Origin: a virus
Taxonomy: Duplodnaviria; Heunggongvirae; Uroviricota; Caudoviricetes
Length of the DNA stretch: 36,263 nt
Strand: one strand, 5' to 3'
IMG/VR virus record: IMGVR_UViG_3300045988_159823
Coordinates: 1-36,263 of that record
Shown: piece after piece, positions 8,280 through 17,841 of the stretch
How the letters are laid out: every line of letters begins with the position of its first letter
Position numbering within the stretch: the first letter of the stretch is position 1
Program-made: the position numbers and the translations under genes
The notes under the pieces: generated by a model
What the model saw: the letters and a program-made list of their open reading frames with translations, nothing else
What the model was told of the DNA's origin: nothing
Databases searched by the model: none

Positions 8280-10112
8280 CTACCAAAATCGGGTATAGCC
8301 AACATCGTGATTTATATCAATGCCACTGGAACGTGTTTCCGTAACCCGCATACCTGGTGGCATATTCATAAATGAAACCTTGATCTCGCCATCAACTTTT
8401 GGCGCGATAGCTTTGTTAATCATGAAGGGATTCGGGCCTGTGGCATCGGAGGCGTTGTTTGACTGAGCCGGATCTACCGCCGGATAAGGTGTGTATCCCC
8501 GCGCCGGTATTCCCGTCCCATAAGCATCATAAGCACCCGCGCCCCACTGCGCAGAGTTAATGGCATCGACCGTGTCACCGGAACTGTCGGTAAACCATTC
8601 AATAATCGGCTTCAGCTTATCCCACATATCCTGAAACCACTTAACAACCGGTCCCCAGTTATTGATCACCATCCCCAGCGGCGACCAGGCAAAAACCTTC
8701 TTAAGAAGTTCCCAGCCAGTCTCAAAATAAGGACCAATGGTTTCCCAGAGTTTCTTAAAATAAGGTCCGACAACATCCCAGTTAGTGATAATTAATCCCG
8801 CAGCCAGGGCTATCGCCGTCGCAATCATGCCAATCGGCGTCATCGACATGATCCTGCTGACAATACTGATGGCACTGCCCACGCCCATCAATCCCAGTTT
8901 CAGAATCGCAAGACCGGCAGCAAGCCCGACGACGCCGCGAATAACCCGGGGATTTTCATCCGCAAACTTAGTGAATTTTTCCCCCAACTCCCCCAGCCAT
9001 TGCGTGATATTTTTAGCGTCACCAGAAAATGCGCCGCCAATAGCTGCAAGACCGTTAGTTGCGGTCCCCGTCATTGCCTCCCACAGGTTGGACAGCGTAC
9101 CAAGCTGTGCCTGAACACGTTTATTCAGGCTGGCCTGTTTATTCATCTTCTGCTGGATCTGATCGTAACCATCCTTTCCTTTATCGATCAGAGCATTGAC
9201 CACCTGAAGGGTTTCGGCATCATCACCAAATATTGCCTTAAGTACACCTGTTCGCTTAACGTCGGTCAGTTTTCGCAGCTTTGCCAGTTGCTTAAACATG
9301 TTATCAAGACCGCCAAAACTCCCTTTGCCGTCAGTAAAATCGAGCTGCACTCCGAGTTTCTGGCGGGCCATGACTTTATTGACGTCCCTGATTTTCTTAA
9401 CGCTTAATCCGGACTGGATAACTTTTCGCAGGGCATTACCTGCCGACTCCCCGTTCATCCCCATCTGATCCATCATGACGCTGATGGGGGCAAGGCTCTG
9501 TGCAGCCTGAAGACCGTCCTTGTTCACCATCTTCAGAACAGAACTGGTTTTAGTGAAGAAGGACAACATGTTGGTATCGTCAACGCCCAGATAAAACGCC
9601 TTCTGGATAGTGTCGAACAGCCCCATCATGTCTTCTGACGCCGTTCCGGTAGCATCCTGCATCTTTGCAGCAAACTCAGCAGCCGCTTCCGGTGTTTTTT
9701 TCAGTTGTACCGCAAGATAAGCTGTCGCTTTACCCACACCGCCAAGAATGTTTTCTGCCGGGATCCCCTGACGCACCAGCATCTGCATCATGTTCTGGAA
9801 ATCAGCCGTTGTACCGGGTAGCTGGTTACCCAGGCCAATAGCCAGTTTATTGATGTCCTGAAAGCTCTTTCCAACCTCGCCATTCGCATCCATCATGGCG
9901 ACTTTCAGCCCGGTGGCGGCGTTTTCCTGATCGGCATAAGATTTCAGGGAAAGCGTCAGACCCGCTGCCAGTCCGCCACCAAGCGCCAGCCCACCCTGTG
10001 ACGCTTCTTCCGCCTGGCGTTTAAATCCCCGGATTTTCTTTTGCATTTTCGACAGCGCGGGAGAAAGCCTGTCGACACCGGTGATCAACGCCTTAAGCTC
10101 AAATTCAGCCAT
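8280..10112 (-). CDS. tail tape measure protein
   Basis: 610 aa; Ala/Gly-rich helical N-terminal half and hydrophobic segments; lies between the chaperone and baseplate genes. Confidence 0.8.
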   Translation of the reverse strand: MAEFELKALITGVDRLSPALSKMQKKIRGFKRQAEEASQGGLALGGGLAAGLTLSLKSYADQENAATGLKVAMMDANGEVGKSFQDINKLAIGLGNQLPGTTADFQNMMQMLVRQGIPAENILGGVGKATAYLAVQLKKTPEAAAEFAAKMQDATGTASEDMMGLFDTIQKAFYLGVDDTNMLSFFTKTSSVLKMVNKDGLQAAQSLAPISVMMDQMGMNGESAGNALRKVIQSGLSVKKIRDVNKVMARQKLGVQLDFTDGKGSFGGLDNMFKQLAKLRKLTDVKRTGVLKAIFGDDAETLQVVNALIDKGKDGYDQIQQKMNKQASLNKRVQAQLGTLSNLWEAMTGTATNGLAAIGGAFSGDAKNITQWLGELGEKFTKFADENPRVIRGVVGLAAGLAILKLGLMGVGSAISIVSRIMSMTPIGMIATAIALAAGLIITNWDVVGPYFKKLWETIGPYFETGWELLKKVFAWSPLGMVINNWGPVVKWFQDMWDKLKPIIEWFTDSSGDTVDAINSAQWGAGAYDAYGTGIPARGYTPYPAVDPAQSNNASDATGPNPFMINKAIAPKVDGEIKVSFMNMPPGMRVTETRSSGIDINHDVGYTRFW

Positions 10113-10287
10113 GTGTGCGTTTCTCCTGCTCTATCCTGTTTGCCTGACTGACCAGCAAGGGAATTTCACTGATCGGCATATTCAGCAATTCGAAGGGATT
10201 AATGCGCCAGTAGCTGGCGCAATCAAAGAAGCGATCAGTAAGGTATTCAGCCGTCAGGCCTGGAGGAAAAAACCAGCCACAAGCCAC
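10105..10287 (-). CDS. -1 frameshift extension of the tail assembly chaperone (GT-like product)
   Basis: ORF in the -1 frame relative to 10254..10523, overlapping it by 34 nt and ending 8 nt inside the tape measure start. Confidence 0.5.
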   Translation of the reverse strand: MACGWFFPPGLTAEYLTDRFFDCASYWRINPFELLNMPISEIPLLVSQANRIEQEKRTHG

Positions 10288-10523
10288 GCCGCTGCATTCA
10301 GGTCTGCCGGAGACATCTGGTCGACAGAGCTTTGCGGCACTTTCGCCAGCCGCACAATATATTTCGATACCACATGCGCCAGAAGTCTGACGGACTCATC
10401 CTGATTCATCTGGTAGGGATACCCCAGCTCGCGGACATCTTTCCCGGTGGGCTCATCAAACTCCAGTACGGAGAGTGTCTCGCCATGAGCGGTAATCGGT
10501 TTCTTTAACTCAAGCTCTTTCAT
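10254..10523 (-). CDS. tail assembly chaperone (lambda G / Mu gp41 analogue)
   Basis: 89 aa ORF immediately upstream of the tape measure gene, with a -1-frame extension ORF overlapping its 3' end. Confidence 0.6.
   Translation of the reverse strand: MKELELKKPITAHGETLSVLEFDEPTGKDVRELGYPYQMNQDESVRLLAHVVSKYIVRLAKVPQSSVDQMSPADLNAAAWLVAGFFLQA
10266..10272 (-). other. candidate slippery heptamer T_TTT_TTC for a -1 programmed ribosomal frameshift
   Basis: Minus-strand GGT TTT TTC CTC in the chaperone zero frame; the -1 frame continues as FFPPGLTAEY... Confidence 0.5.
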
Positions 10524-10879
10524 TACTGGTAATCCCCTTCTTCACCGTGGAACTCAAGATCGACCGTGCCTTCTTCGGCATTATGGTTCGCTTCGCCGTG
10601 CAGCCAGGCAGACGACAGTACATAGACCTGACCGTTCGCCAGCTCGGCAGTGATGGTCATCTCATCAGACGAGGTGATTTTGCTCACCGGAAAATTCTTC
10701 GGCACCTTGAAGGTCCCTTTGACATAAGGCGCACGGTGAGTTTCCTTGCGGTCCACTGAACCGTCCAGGCCGATGATGTCATCATTGACCGTCCTGTTCA
10801 TGGGCACCTCAATGCCGCCGGTCAGCGATAGCTGCTGACCGTCAATTTTGAAATAACAGGTTCCCCCGATACGGGCCAT
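10523..10879 (-). CDS. tail tube protein (Mu gpM-like)
   Basis: 118 aa, directly downstream of the sheath gene with start/stop overlap. Confidence 0.7.
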   Translation of the reverse strand: MARIGGTCYFKIDGQQLSLTGGIEVPMNRTVNDDIIGLDGSVDRKETHRAPYVKGTFKVPKNFPVSKITSSDEMTITAELANGQVYVLSSAWLHGEANHNAEEGTVDLEFHGEEGDYQ

Positions 10880-12375
10880 TATGCAGACTCCTCTGAATAC
10901 TGAAGACGGAACTGGTTAACCACGGCAAAGACACGCAACTGGTTAACATAGTCAGGCGGGAACAGCGTGTTCAGGCGGTTCGGATCGCTGGCATCACGCT
11001 CCACAACCAGGTACTGCTTGAACAGTTCGTAGTTTTCCACGATCCCCGCACGCTCGAGCTGACGGTAGGTTGCCAGCAGTTCCCCTTTGATCACCGCCGG
11101 GGTGACAATCGCCTGACCGGGACCAAAGCGGGTACCGTCACAGGCAAGCTTGTGACGCCCGTACTTACTGGTAATGACGGATTTCAGTTTGCGCAGTACA
11201 TACGCACTGGTATGCAGCGTCTCGCTGTCGAGGTAGCTGTTATCCGCAACCCCGTAAGCATTTTTCCTGTACGTGGTGACATCACGCTGAATGCGCAGCA
11301 CCCCGCTTTCGACATACGCCGTTGCCACGCCATGAGACAGCAGGGTCTGCTGCTCGGTCATTGTGAACCGTTTCCCCTTCGGCGCAGGCAGCATACCCAC
11401 CAGCTCACCGGTCTGCGTGGGACGTGCCGGATCGTTGCGGATAAACACCGCTGCGCGGGCGGTACGGCTTGCCGCCAGCTCGTCGGCAGGCGTCTGGGTC
11501 TCTTTTTCGTACCCCGCCAGGGTGATGTGCTGCTGGTTAAACTGGTCACCTGCGGTCACCAGTTCTGACAGTGTGCCGGTCTTTGCCGTATACACATGAC
11601 CATACAGCTGACGCGCATAGCTCCAGCGACCGCTGGTATCGTTCATCTCGGTCACCAGCGTGTTAACGGAGGCCGTGTCGTTGAACGGCAGACCGATATA
11701 ATCAAACGGCTCATCCGCCATTGCAGCCACCGCGCCGGTGAGAACCGGAGCGCCCGTTCCGGCGGTCCCCGTCACCACGGCAATCTGTACGCCCGCTGGC
11801 AGCACTTCACCCCCACCGAAGCCGTAGTAATTGAGGCTGACAGGAATTTCATTCCCGCAAAGCCCCTTATGACGCGCGGTCAGCGTGACAACACCAGCCG
11901 AAGATGAAGCTGTAAACGGCAGGGCCGGAACGGCATTGATGGCATCTTTGATACTGCTGGCAATCGTCGTGACGTTATCGCCGTTGGTCACCGGAGCCTG
12001 CACGCGGGTACGTCCCACATAGACATTCACCGTGCCGGTTTCGGTTGCCGCCCCGGTCACCGTCAGCGTAACCGTTGCCGCCGCGCCTGTGGATTCAGGA
12101 ACGGCAATCACATACAGCTCACCAAACGGGTCGGTCTGGCGATAAGCCTCGACCATACGCGCCAGCTGACTTCCCGCACCACAAATCTGGCGTGCATAGT
12201 CTGCCGACGGCATCAGTACCAGACTGTTGGCAACAATCTCTGCACCGTTATTGGCATGACCAATCAGCAGCGATGCTCCGCTGTCCTGTGCAGTATTCGC
12301 CGCCGAGTTATCCATTTCCGCATAAAACAACGGAACCAGCGTATTCGACGGAATGGTGTTAAAGCTTATCGTCAT
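10879..12375 (-). CDS. contractile tail sheath protein (Mu gpL-like)
   Basis: 498 aa; size and position upstream of the tube gene. Confidence 0.8.
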   Translation of the reverse strand: MTISFNTIPSNTLVPLFYAEMDNSAANTAQDSGASLLIGHANNGAEIVANSLVLMPSADYARQICGAGSQLARMVEAYRQTDPFGELYVIAVPESTGAAATVTLTVTGAATETGTVNVYVGRTRVQAPVTNGDNVTTIASSIKDAINAVPALPFTASSSAGVVTLTARHKGLCGNEIPVSLNYYGFGGGEVLPAGVQIAVVTGTAGTGAPVLTGAVAAMADEPFDYIGLPFNDTASVNTLVTEMNDTSGRWSYARQLYGHVYTAKTGTLSELVTAGDQFNQQHITLAGYEKETQTPADELAASRTARAAVFIRNDPARPTQTGELVGMLPAPKGKRFTMTEQQTLLSHGVATAYVESGVLRIQRDVTTYRKNAYGVADNSYLDSETLHTSAYVLRKLKSVITSKYGRHKLACDGTRFGPGQAIVTPAVIKGELLATYRQLERAGIVENYELFKQYLVVERDASDPNRLNTLFPPDYVNQLRVFAVVNQFRLQYSEESA

Positions 12376-12537
12376 CGGTATTCACCTTTTTATTCACGCG
12401 CCGGATATCACCCGCTGCTTCACGGCGCAGCCAGTAGTTGTTCTCGTCAACATTTCGCCCTTCGGCGGGCAAAAGGTCGCCGCGGGCAGGGTCAGGAACT
12501 GACCGCCCTTTAACAGGTTTCACAAACATGAAGATTC

Positions 12538-13098
12538 TCAGGAAGGAAGGGTTATTTCGGTGTGATGTTCGATATCGCCGTCAGGCCCGTTACCGGGATC
12601 GAGATAATCAACATCAATCGCCAGCGTTCGCAGTTCATCCAGACTGTTCAGGTCATCCTGCTGGCGGGTATCGTCTTCAGTCAGCTCGCTGATGACCGAA
12701 AAATCGAACTGATAAATCAGCTCATGACGATTCAGATCCAGCAGCGTGCCGCCGTCATAGGTAATCGGGTTACCGCACGCCTCCGGGTTCCAGCCCAGCA
12801 GAGCCTTAAAGAGCATCTGCCGGACATCGTCCACCACATCATACGAGGCAAACTGACCGCGCTCATCACGCCCGTTACTCAGTATGACAACCACGGAGAA
12901 ACCCTCTTTCAGCTCCTGCCAGTAGTCGGTCTGGCTTTTGTTTTCTCCCGGAGAATCATCACCCGGTACAACATATGCCGCCGGGAGTTTCAGCTTTCCG
13001 ACCTCCGGCAGATTTTTGAACTGGGCCGCGCCTGCAACCCGGTTTTCAAAATACGGACAGCGGGCACGCAGTGCAGCAATAACAGGCGTCAGTTTCAT
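12538..13098 (-). CDS. tail completion / terminator-type protein (Mu gp37/38-like)
   Basis: 186 aa; position between the head-tail joining genes and the sheath. Confidence 0.45.
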   Translation of the reverse strand: MKLTPVIAALRARCPYFENRVAGAAQFKNLPEVGKLKLPAAYVVPGDDSPGENKSQTDYWQELKEGFSVVVILSNGRDERGQFASYDVVDDVRQMLFKALLGWNPEACGNPITYDGGTLLDLNRHELIYQFDFSVISELTEDDTRQQDDLNSLDELRTLAIDVDYLDPGNGPDGDIEHHTEITLPS

Positions 13099-13601
13099 CT
13101 GTGTCGTCGCTCCGGCTTCAGTGATTTACGCAATTCCCGCGCCAGAAAATAGCGTGTCCAGCTGCGGTTCTTTTCAAGAGTTTCCACCATGAAGTTATTA
13201 CGTGGAGCCAGTCGCCAGCCGCTGCCACCGGATGCACCACGATGATGACTACGACGACGTTTTGCTCCTCCCCGGACACCAAAAAACAGAAATGCCGGAT
13301 AGAAGTCACCAGAGATCATCCGGTTCCCCTTCCCGTTGCGCTGGTTAGGGGCAATGCGTGTCATAAAACCGGCTCGCTTTTTACTGGCTCTCGGCACCAT
13401 ATAACCAATCGAACGAGCCAGGCGTCCGGTCTGATAACCGGGGTTTTCACCTGGTACCGACCGCGCACGGCGCATCACCAGCCGACGGGCATCACGCATA
13501 TGACGCTGCCCAATCGTGACAAACGCCCGCCGGACACGGGCGCGGTTAAAGCGCATCTCGGCGGGCTGCTGAACATCAACGTGAAAAAAGGGAGTCGCCA
13601 T
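13095..13601 (-). CDS. virion morphogenesis / tail completion protein (very basic)
   Basis: 168 aa, Arg-rich; synteny in the head-tail joining block. Confidence 0.45.
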   Translation of the reverse strand: MATPFFHVDVQQPAEMRFNRARVRRAFVTIGQRHMRDARRLVMRRARSVPGENPGYQTGRLARSIGYMVPRASKKRAGFMTRIAPNQRNGKGNRMISGDFYPAFLFFGVRGGAKRRRSHHRGASGGSGWRLAPRNNFMVETLEKNRSWTRYFLARELRKSLKPERRHR

Positions 13602-13986
13602 TGCTGCCTCCGTGACTCTGCCTACATTCGCCCAGCTCCGTACACTCCAGCAGCAGAAAGCGCCGCGCCCCGTTCAGATCACGCTGACGTTTCACCCGGT
13701 ACACACTGTCATCACAGACCACCTCATAATCAGCATTGATCCCCCGGCGGTAACGAATGGTGATGTAATGGGTGATGGCGTCCCCGGTCTGCGCGGTTTC
13801 CTGCCAGGTGGTGGCACTGGTCTGGATAACCTTCGCCCATGTCCGGAACGTAACCGGGTATTGAGGCTCCACGCCAAAGTTATCCGCGGGCATATCCACC
13901 CGCTGGCGGATCAGGACGCGTTTATTCAGTTCACCGGGGTCCGGCAGAATGTAGGTTGCGCTGGTCTGCGCCTGACGAATTTTCAT
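13576..13986 (-). CDS. head-tail adaptor / head closure protein
   Basis: 136 aa; synteny downstream of the connector-like gene. Confidence 0.45.
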   Translation of the reverse strand: MKIRQAQTSATYILPDPGELNKRVLIRQRVDMPADNFGVEPQYPVTFRTWAKVIQTSATTWQETAQTGDAITHYITIRYRRGINADYEVVCDDSVYRVKRQRDLNGARRFLLLECTELGECRQSHGGSNGDSLFSR

Positions 13987-14306
13987 TGCGGAAAGTACCT
14001 GTACGGGCCGACAAGCCAGCCAAAACTCTGCGGCATGTCGAGTTTCTCCACTTCAGTAACCGACGAGCGGTTTTCGTAAAAATGGCTGATAAGCATCAGC
14101 ATCCCCAGACGAATATCATCCGGCAGGTGCAGCCCGTCCGGATCGCTGTCCGGAATGGTTTCATCCGGTGCATAGAGCTTCCGGTTCAGATACGTTTCCG
14201 TCCGCTTTTGTGCCGCACAGGCCAGCAGTTGCAGATGGCGGTCATCAGTATCGAAATCCTCATCCAGCCGGAGTTGGGCTTTAATCTCTTCCATTGTCAG
14301 AAGCAT
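13983..14306 (-). CDS. head-tail connector (gp6-like) protein
   Basis: 107 aa, acidic; synteny directly after the capsid gene block. Confidence 0.5.
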   Translation of the reverse strand: MLLTMEEIKAQLRLDEDFDTDDRHLQLLACAAQKRTETYLNRKLYAPDETIPDSDPDGLHLPDDIRLGMLMLISHFYENRSSVTEVEKLDMPQSFGWLVGPYRYFPQ

Positions 14307-14308
14307 AC

Positions 14309-14509
14309 TCAGCCCTCTTTACTGGTCGTGGCTTTTTTCTCTTTTGCCGCTTTACTGCTTTTTGCACTGATTCCGCGCTCTGCTAACCCGGCCTGAAGTG
14401 CAATCTCCTGCACCCGGGCAGGAAGCGCCCCGTCGTCATACTCACCGGCCCGAATGACCTCAACACGCATACCGTCCGGTGACCATTTCAGATCTTGTTT
14501 CAGGATCAT
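14309..14509 (-). CDS. small head-module protein, unknown function
   Basis: 66 aa ORF between the major capsid and connector genes, Lys/Ala-rich tail. Confidence 0.35.
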   Translation of the reverse strand: MILKQDLKWSPDGMRVEVIRAGEYDDGALPARVQEIALQAGLAERGISAKSSKAAKEKKATTSKEG

Positions 14510-14558
14510 GATTCTTCACCCGTCAGAACAGGGGGCGCGGTTCCGCGCCCCTGAGTGA

Positions 14559-15764
14559 TTACGCCGCTGCAATCTTCAGCAGTTTGATGGCCTGCGAATC
14601 GACCAGCATCCCGCCGGTGCGCTTGGTGGTATAAAAACCGACAAACGGTTTATTGGTGTACGGGTCACGCAGAATGCGGGTGCCGATACGGTCAACGATG
14701 GTGTAACCCCGTTTGAAGTTACCAAATGCAATGGCTTTCGCATCAGCAGCGATATCCGGCATCTGTTCGTTTTCAGCGATACCGTAACCCGCCAGAGAGG
14801 ACGGCTGCCCCAGTTCCAGCCCCGGACGCCACAGATAGTTACCCTCGCTGTCTTTCAGCAGACGGATGGCAAACAGGCTGTTGTTGTTCATCATGAACTT
14901 CGCGCCAGTGCGGTGTGCCTTACGCAGCGTGTAAATCAGTTTGATAATGGCGTCTGCGGTCACCGTCGTCGCTTCACCGGATACAATATGCTGAAGTTTA
15001 CCGAACGCACGAACCTTATCGGTTTCATCAGTGGATTCATACGCCAGGAACCCTTTCGGCTTCTTGGTGCCATCGCCTGAGGTAAAGGCAATTTCTTCCT
15101 GTTCGGCAAATTCGGTTGCCAGCTCGCTGTTGATCCAGGCCTCCACGTTGAAGAAGGCATCGTCCAGCATTTTCTGGGTAGCCTGCGGGTTGCCGTAAAT
15201 TTCCCCCATGAGAGGTTCAATCAGCTCCAGTCTGGAGGTGGCAGTCTGGGATCGCGTATCCGTTTCCCCCACCCATCCGGAAGCCGTACCGCCCAGATTC
15301 ACCAGTTTTTTGTAGTCGGAACCGCCAACGGTGATCACCGTGGCTTCCTGACGCATCACCACTTCATCTTTCAGCAGGTTAAGAATGTTGCGATCCAGTT
15401 CTTCCGGCACGGCGTAGCCACCGTCTTCATCGGTACCCACCTGCAATGCCTTACGCTCCAGATCGCGCAGACCGTCTTCACGGCCTTTACGCAGGAAGCC
15501 CACAAACGCCTCTTTATGCTCGGTGGCCAGTTTATTTTGCGCTCCACCAGCCGGACGTTTCAGCTCAAGCAGCTCTTTTTCAAGGTCGCTTTTGAGATTT
15601 TCCAGCTCGCTGAGTTTCCCGTTCAGGGTTTCCACCTGCCCGGCAAGCTTGCCTTTTTCCTGCTCAATCGCATCCACGCGCTTGTCGTTCTTTGCTTTGA
15701 AGTCGTCAAACTTCTGCTGCAGCTCCTGCGCGACCTGTTCGACATCTTTAATATCAACCGTCAT
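14559..15764 (-). CDS. major capsid protein, HK97 fold
   Basis: 401 aa with a coiled-coil delta-domain-like N-terminus (KLSELENLKSDLEKELLELK); follows the prohead protease gene. Confidence 0.8.
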   Translation of the reverse strand: MTVDIKDVEQVAQELQQKFDDFKAKNDKRVDAIEQEKGKLAGQVETLNGKLSELENLKSDLEKELLELKRPAGGAQNKLATEHKEAFVGFLRKGREDGLRDLERKALQVGTDEDGGYAVPEELDRNILNLLKDEVVMRQEATVITVGGSDYKKLVNLGGTASGWVGETDTRSQTATSRLELIEPLMGEIYGNPQATQKMLDDAFFNVEAWINSELATEFAEQEEIAFTSGDGTKKPKGFLAYESTDETDKVRAFGKLQHIVSGEATTVTADAIIKLIYTLRKAHRTGAKFMMNNNSLFAIRLLKDSEGNYLWRPGLELGQPSSLAGYGIAENEQMPDIAADAKAIAFGNFKRGYTIVDRIGTRILRDPYTNKPFVGFYTTKRTGGMLVDSQAIKLLKIAAA

Positions 15765-15778
15765 CGTATTTCTCCTGA

Positions 15779-16465
15779 TTAGAAGTTCAGATTTTTCAGT
15801 GCATTCAGTGCAGAGCCCACATCCTCAGCGTCGCGCAGGGACAGTGCGCCATAGCCCCCGGCCATGAATGCTTTGGCCTGGGTACGGGAGAGTCCGACAT
15901 CACGCAGGACTCTTTCGATTTTTTTCTGTTCGGGGATTTCCCCGCGGGCCAGTGCGTTCTTGACGTCGCTGATCCGCGCCTCGTCGTTAGACGGGAACGT
16001 CACCAGGCTGACTTCCCAGAGGTCGATTTCTTTCAGCAGAAAGGCTTCTTTGCTCCGGTCGTATTCCCAGTCTTTCAGGACGTACCCAATAGAAAGGCCG
16101 GTTAACGAACCGGCCTTCATGTGTGCATGTGCGCGTTTTGCGAGGGGATCATCATCAATAAGCAACCGTCCCCTGACGTAAAGCCCGACATCGTCTTCCT
16201 TCATTTCGGTGTAAACACCGATGGGTTCATCCATGCGGTGCTGCCAGAGCAGCGCAGGTAACGCTTTTCTGTCACTCCACGCCCGCAGGGAAGCAGCAAA
16301 TGCCCCGGACATCACCACATCATCGTGGCTGTCCTTTACACCAAAGACGGAGCCATACCCTTCAAACTCACCGGAGTCACTGACAGATTTCAGACTCAGC
16401 GGTACATCAAGACGTTGTTTCGTCTGCATTGGCGTTATCCTTCTGCTTACCGGCTTTACTGCCAT
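15779..16465 (-). CDS. prohead protease (HK97 / S78 family)
   Basis: 228 aa between the portal and capsid genes; the true start may be the internal Met at 16429. Confidence 0.7.
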   Translation of the reverse strand: MAVKPVSRRITPMQTKQRLDVPLSLKSVSDSGEFEGYGSVFGVKDSHDDVVMSGAFAASLRAWSDRKALPALLWQHRMDEPIGVYTEMKEDDVGLYVRGRLLIDDDPLAKRAHAHMKAGSLTGLSIGYVLKDWEYDRSKEAFLLKEIDLWEVSLVTFPSNDEARISDVKNALARGEIPEQKKIERVLRDVGLSRTQAKAFMAGGYGALSLRDAEDVGSALNALKNLNF

Positions 16466-17648
16466 CGGAGGGTTTCGTGGTCATGTTCATCGGTGTGAGA
16501 TAGACATCACCACCGGGACGCGGATTCATATCTTCCAGGTCGCGGCAGTCATTGGGAGAGTAAATTCCCCAGTTGATCCCGGTGGCGTAGGCTTCAAAAC
16601 GGGACTTCATATCCCCGCGCAGTAACGCCCCGGCGTTAAATTTGGCGTAATAAACGCCCTGCTTACTTTTTCGTACCAGTCCGGTGTTGATCCGCTGTTC
16701 GATGCGGGTCAGATACGGCACCAGTGAATAGTTGATAAATCCCAGCCCCAGCTCTTCGATATTGTTGAAGGTGGCGCGATCGGTGTTCTGCACCATGTGC
16801 AACGGCACCCGGAACAGACGACAGATTTCTTCAAGCTGAAACTTGCGGGTTTCCAGGAACTGGCTGTCCTCGGCGTTCAGCGCCATCGACTTCCAGTCCA
16901 GCCCCATCTCAAGGATCATCGGGCGGTGAGCATTGCCAAGCCCGGTGTGACGCTCCTCAAAATCTTTCTTCAGGCGCTCATAAGCCTGATCTGACAGCGT
17001 CTGCTCTGTACGCAACACACCCGACGTCACCGCGCCATTGCTGAACAGTCTGGCCCCGTGCTCTTCGGTCGCAGCTGCCAGCGATATTGCCTCGCGGGCA
17101 TAGGCGATGGGATTCAGCCCCACCAGTCCGTCCAGCGTCAGCGTGCGCACATGCCAGATATCCTCCTGGCTCAGTACATCCGTGGAGCCATCCGGGAATG
17201 TGACCTGATAGATCGGCTCCCAGCTACTGTTAAGCTTCGGTTCCACACAGCCGGGATCGACGGGCAGCAGTTCAGCCACTTCGCCAAATGCTTTCACTTT
17301 GTAGGCGTAAAAGTTTCCCCGCAGGCACAGACAGGTGACCACCAGCTCCCAGAACTCCTGCGGCGTCATATAGCCATTGGGATGCGTGGAGATCAGTTTA
17401 TGCAGACGTTCGCCGGTGGCTCTCTGCTTCAGGCTGCCGTTCAGGTGATACAGATTGCAGGGCAACATCCCGACCGACTCTGCCAGCACTCTGACGCAGG
17501 AAAAAACCGCCGTCAGTCGCATGGCCCGCTGACTGCTGATCTGCTTTCCGGTATAGGTGTCGTAGGACAACCCGATGGCATCCGCCAGCTCTGCTGGCGT
17601 GGTCACCGGTGCGTCACTTTTTCGTTGAAATAATCCCGAAAAGAACAC
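16407..17648 (-). CDS. portal protein (HK97 family)
   Basis: 413 aa; position after the terminase large subunit. Confidence 0.8.
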   Translation of the reverse strand: MFFSGLFQRKSDAPVTTPAELADAIGLSYDTYTGKQISSQRAMRLTAVFSCVRVLAESVGMLPCNLYHLNGSLKQRATGERLHKLISTHPNGYMTPQEFWELVVTCLCLRGNFYAYKVKAFGEVAELLPVDPGCVEPKLNSSWEPIYQVTFPDGSTDVLSQEDIWHVRTLTLDGLVGLNPIAYAREAISLAAATEEHGARLFSNGAVTSGVLRTEQTLSDQAYERLKKDFEERHTGLGNAHRPMILEMGLDWKSMALNAEDSQFLETRKFQLEEICRLFRVPLHMVQNTDRATFNNIEELGLGFINYSLVPYLTRIEQRINTGLVRKSKQGVYYAKFNAGALLRGDMKSRFEAYATGINWGIYSPNDCRDLEDMNPRPGGDVYLTPMNMTTKPSDGSKAGKQKDNANADETTS

Positions 17649-17830
17649 TATTTACCTCCACCAACAGACAGCTGTGTACGGTCGAGATATCGCGCTACCA
17701 GCCACGACCAGAACAGGCACAACGCCCCGGCAACAACAAACCCCGCCGGGGGATAAATCAGCCAGGCACCATACGCCAGCAAAAGCGCCCCCAGCACGCC
17801 CACCAGAGGCGCGAGAATCAGCATGATCAT
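17648..17830 (-). CDS. possible small membrane protein (two predicted TM helices)
   Basis: 60-aa hydrophobic ORF filling the gap between terminase and portal; could be spurious. Confidence 0.3.
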   Translation of the reverse strand: MIMLILAPLVGVLGALLLAYGAWLIYPPAGFVVAGALCLFWSWLVARYLDRTQLSVGGGK

Positions 17831-17841
17831 AATTACCTCAG

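Noticed and set aside
12562-14396. Long plus-strand ORFs (12562..13152, 13242..13739, 13612..14079, 13956..14396) opposite the head-tail joining genes
   Set aside because: Antisense to a compact, overlapping minus-strand operon; Arg/Pro/His-rich compositions
17058-17633. 191-aa plus-strand ORF inside the portal gene
   Set aside because: Antisense shadow of the portal gene
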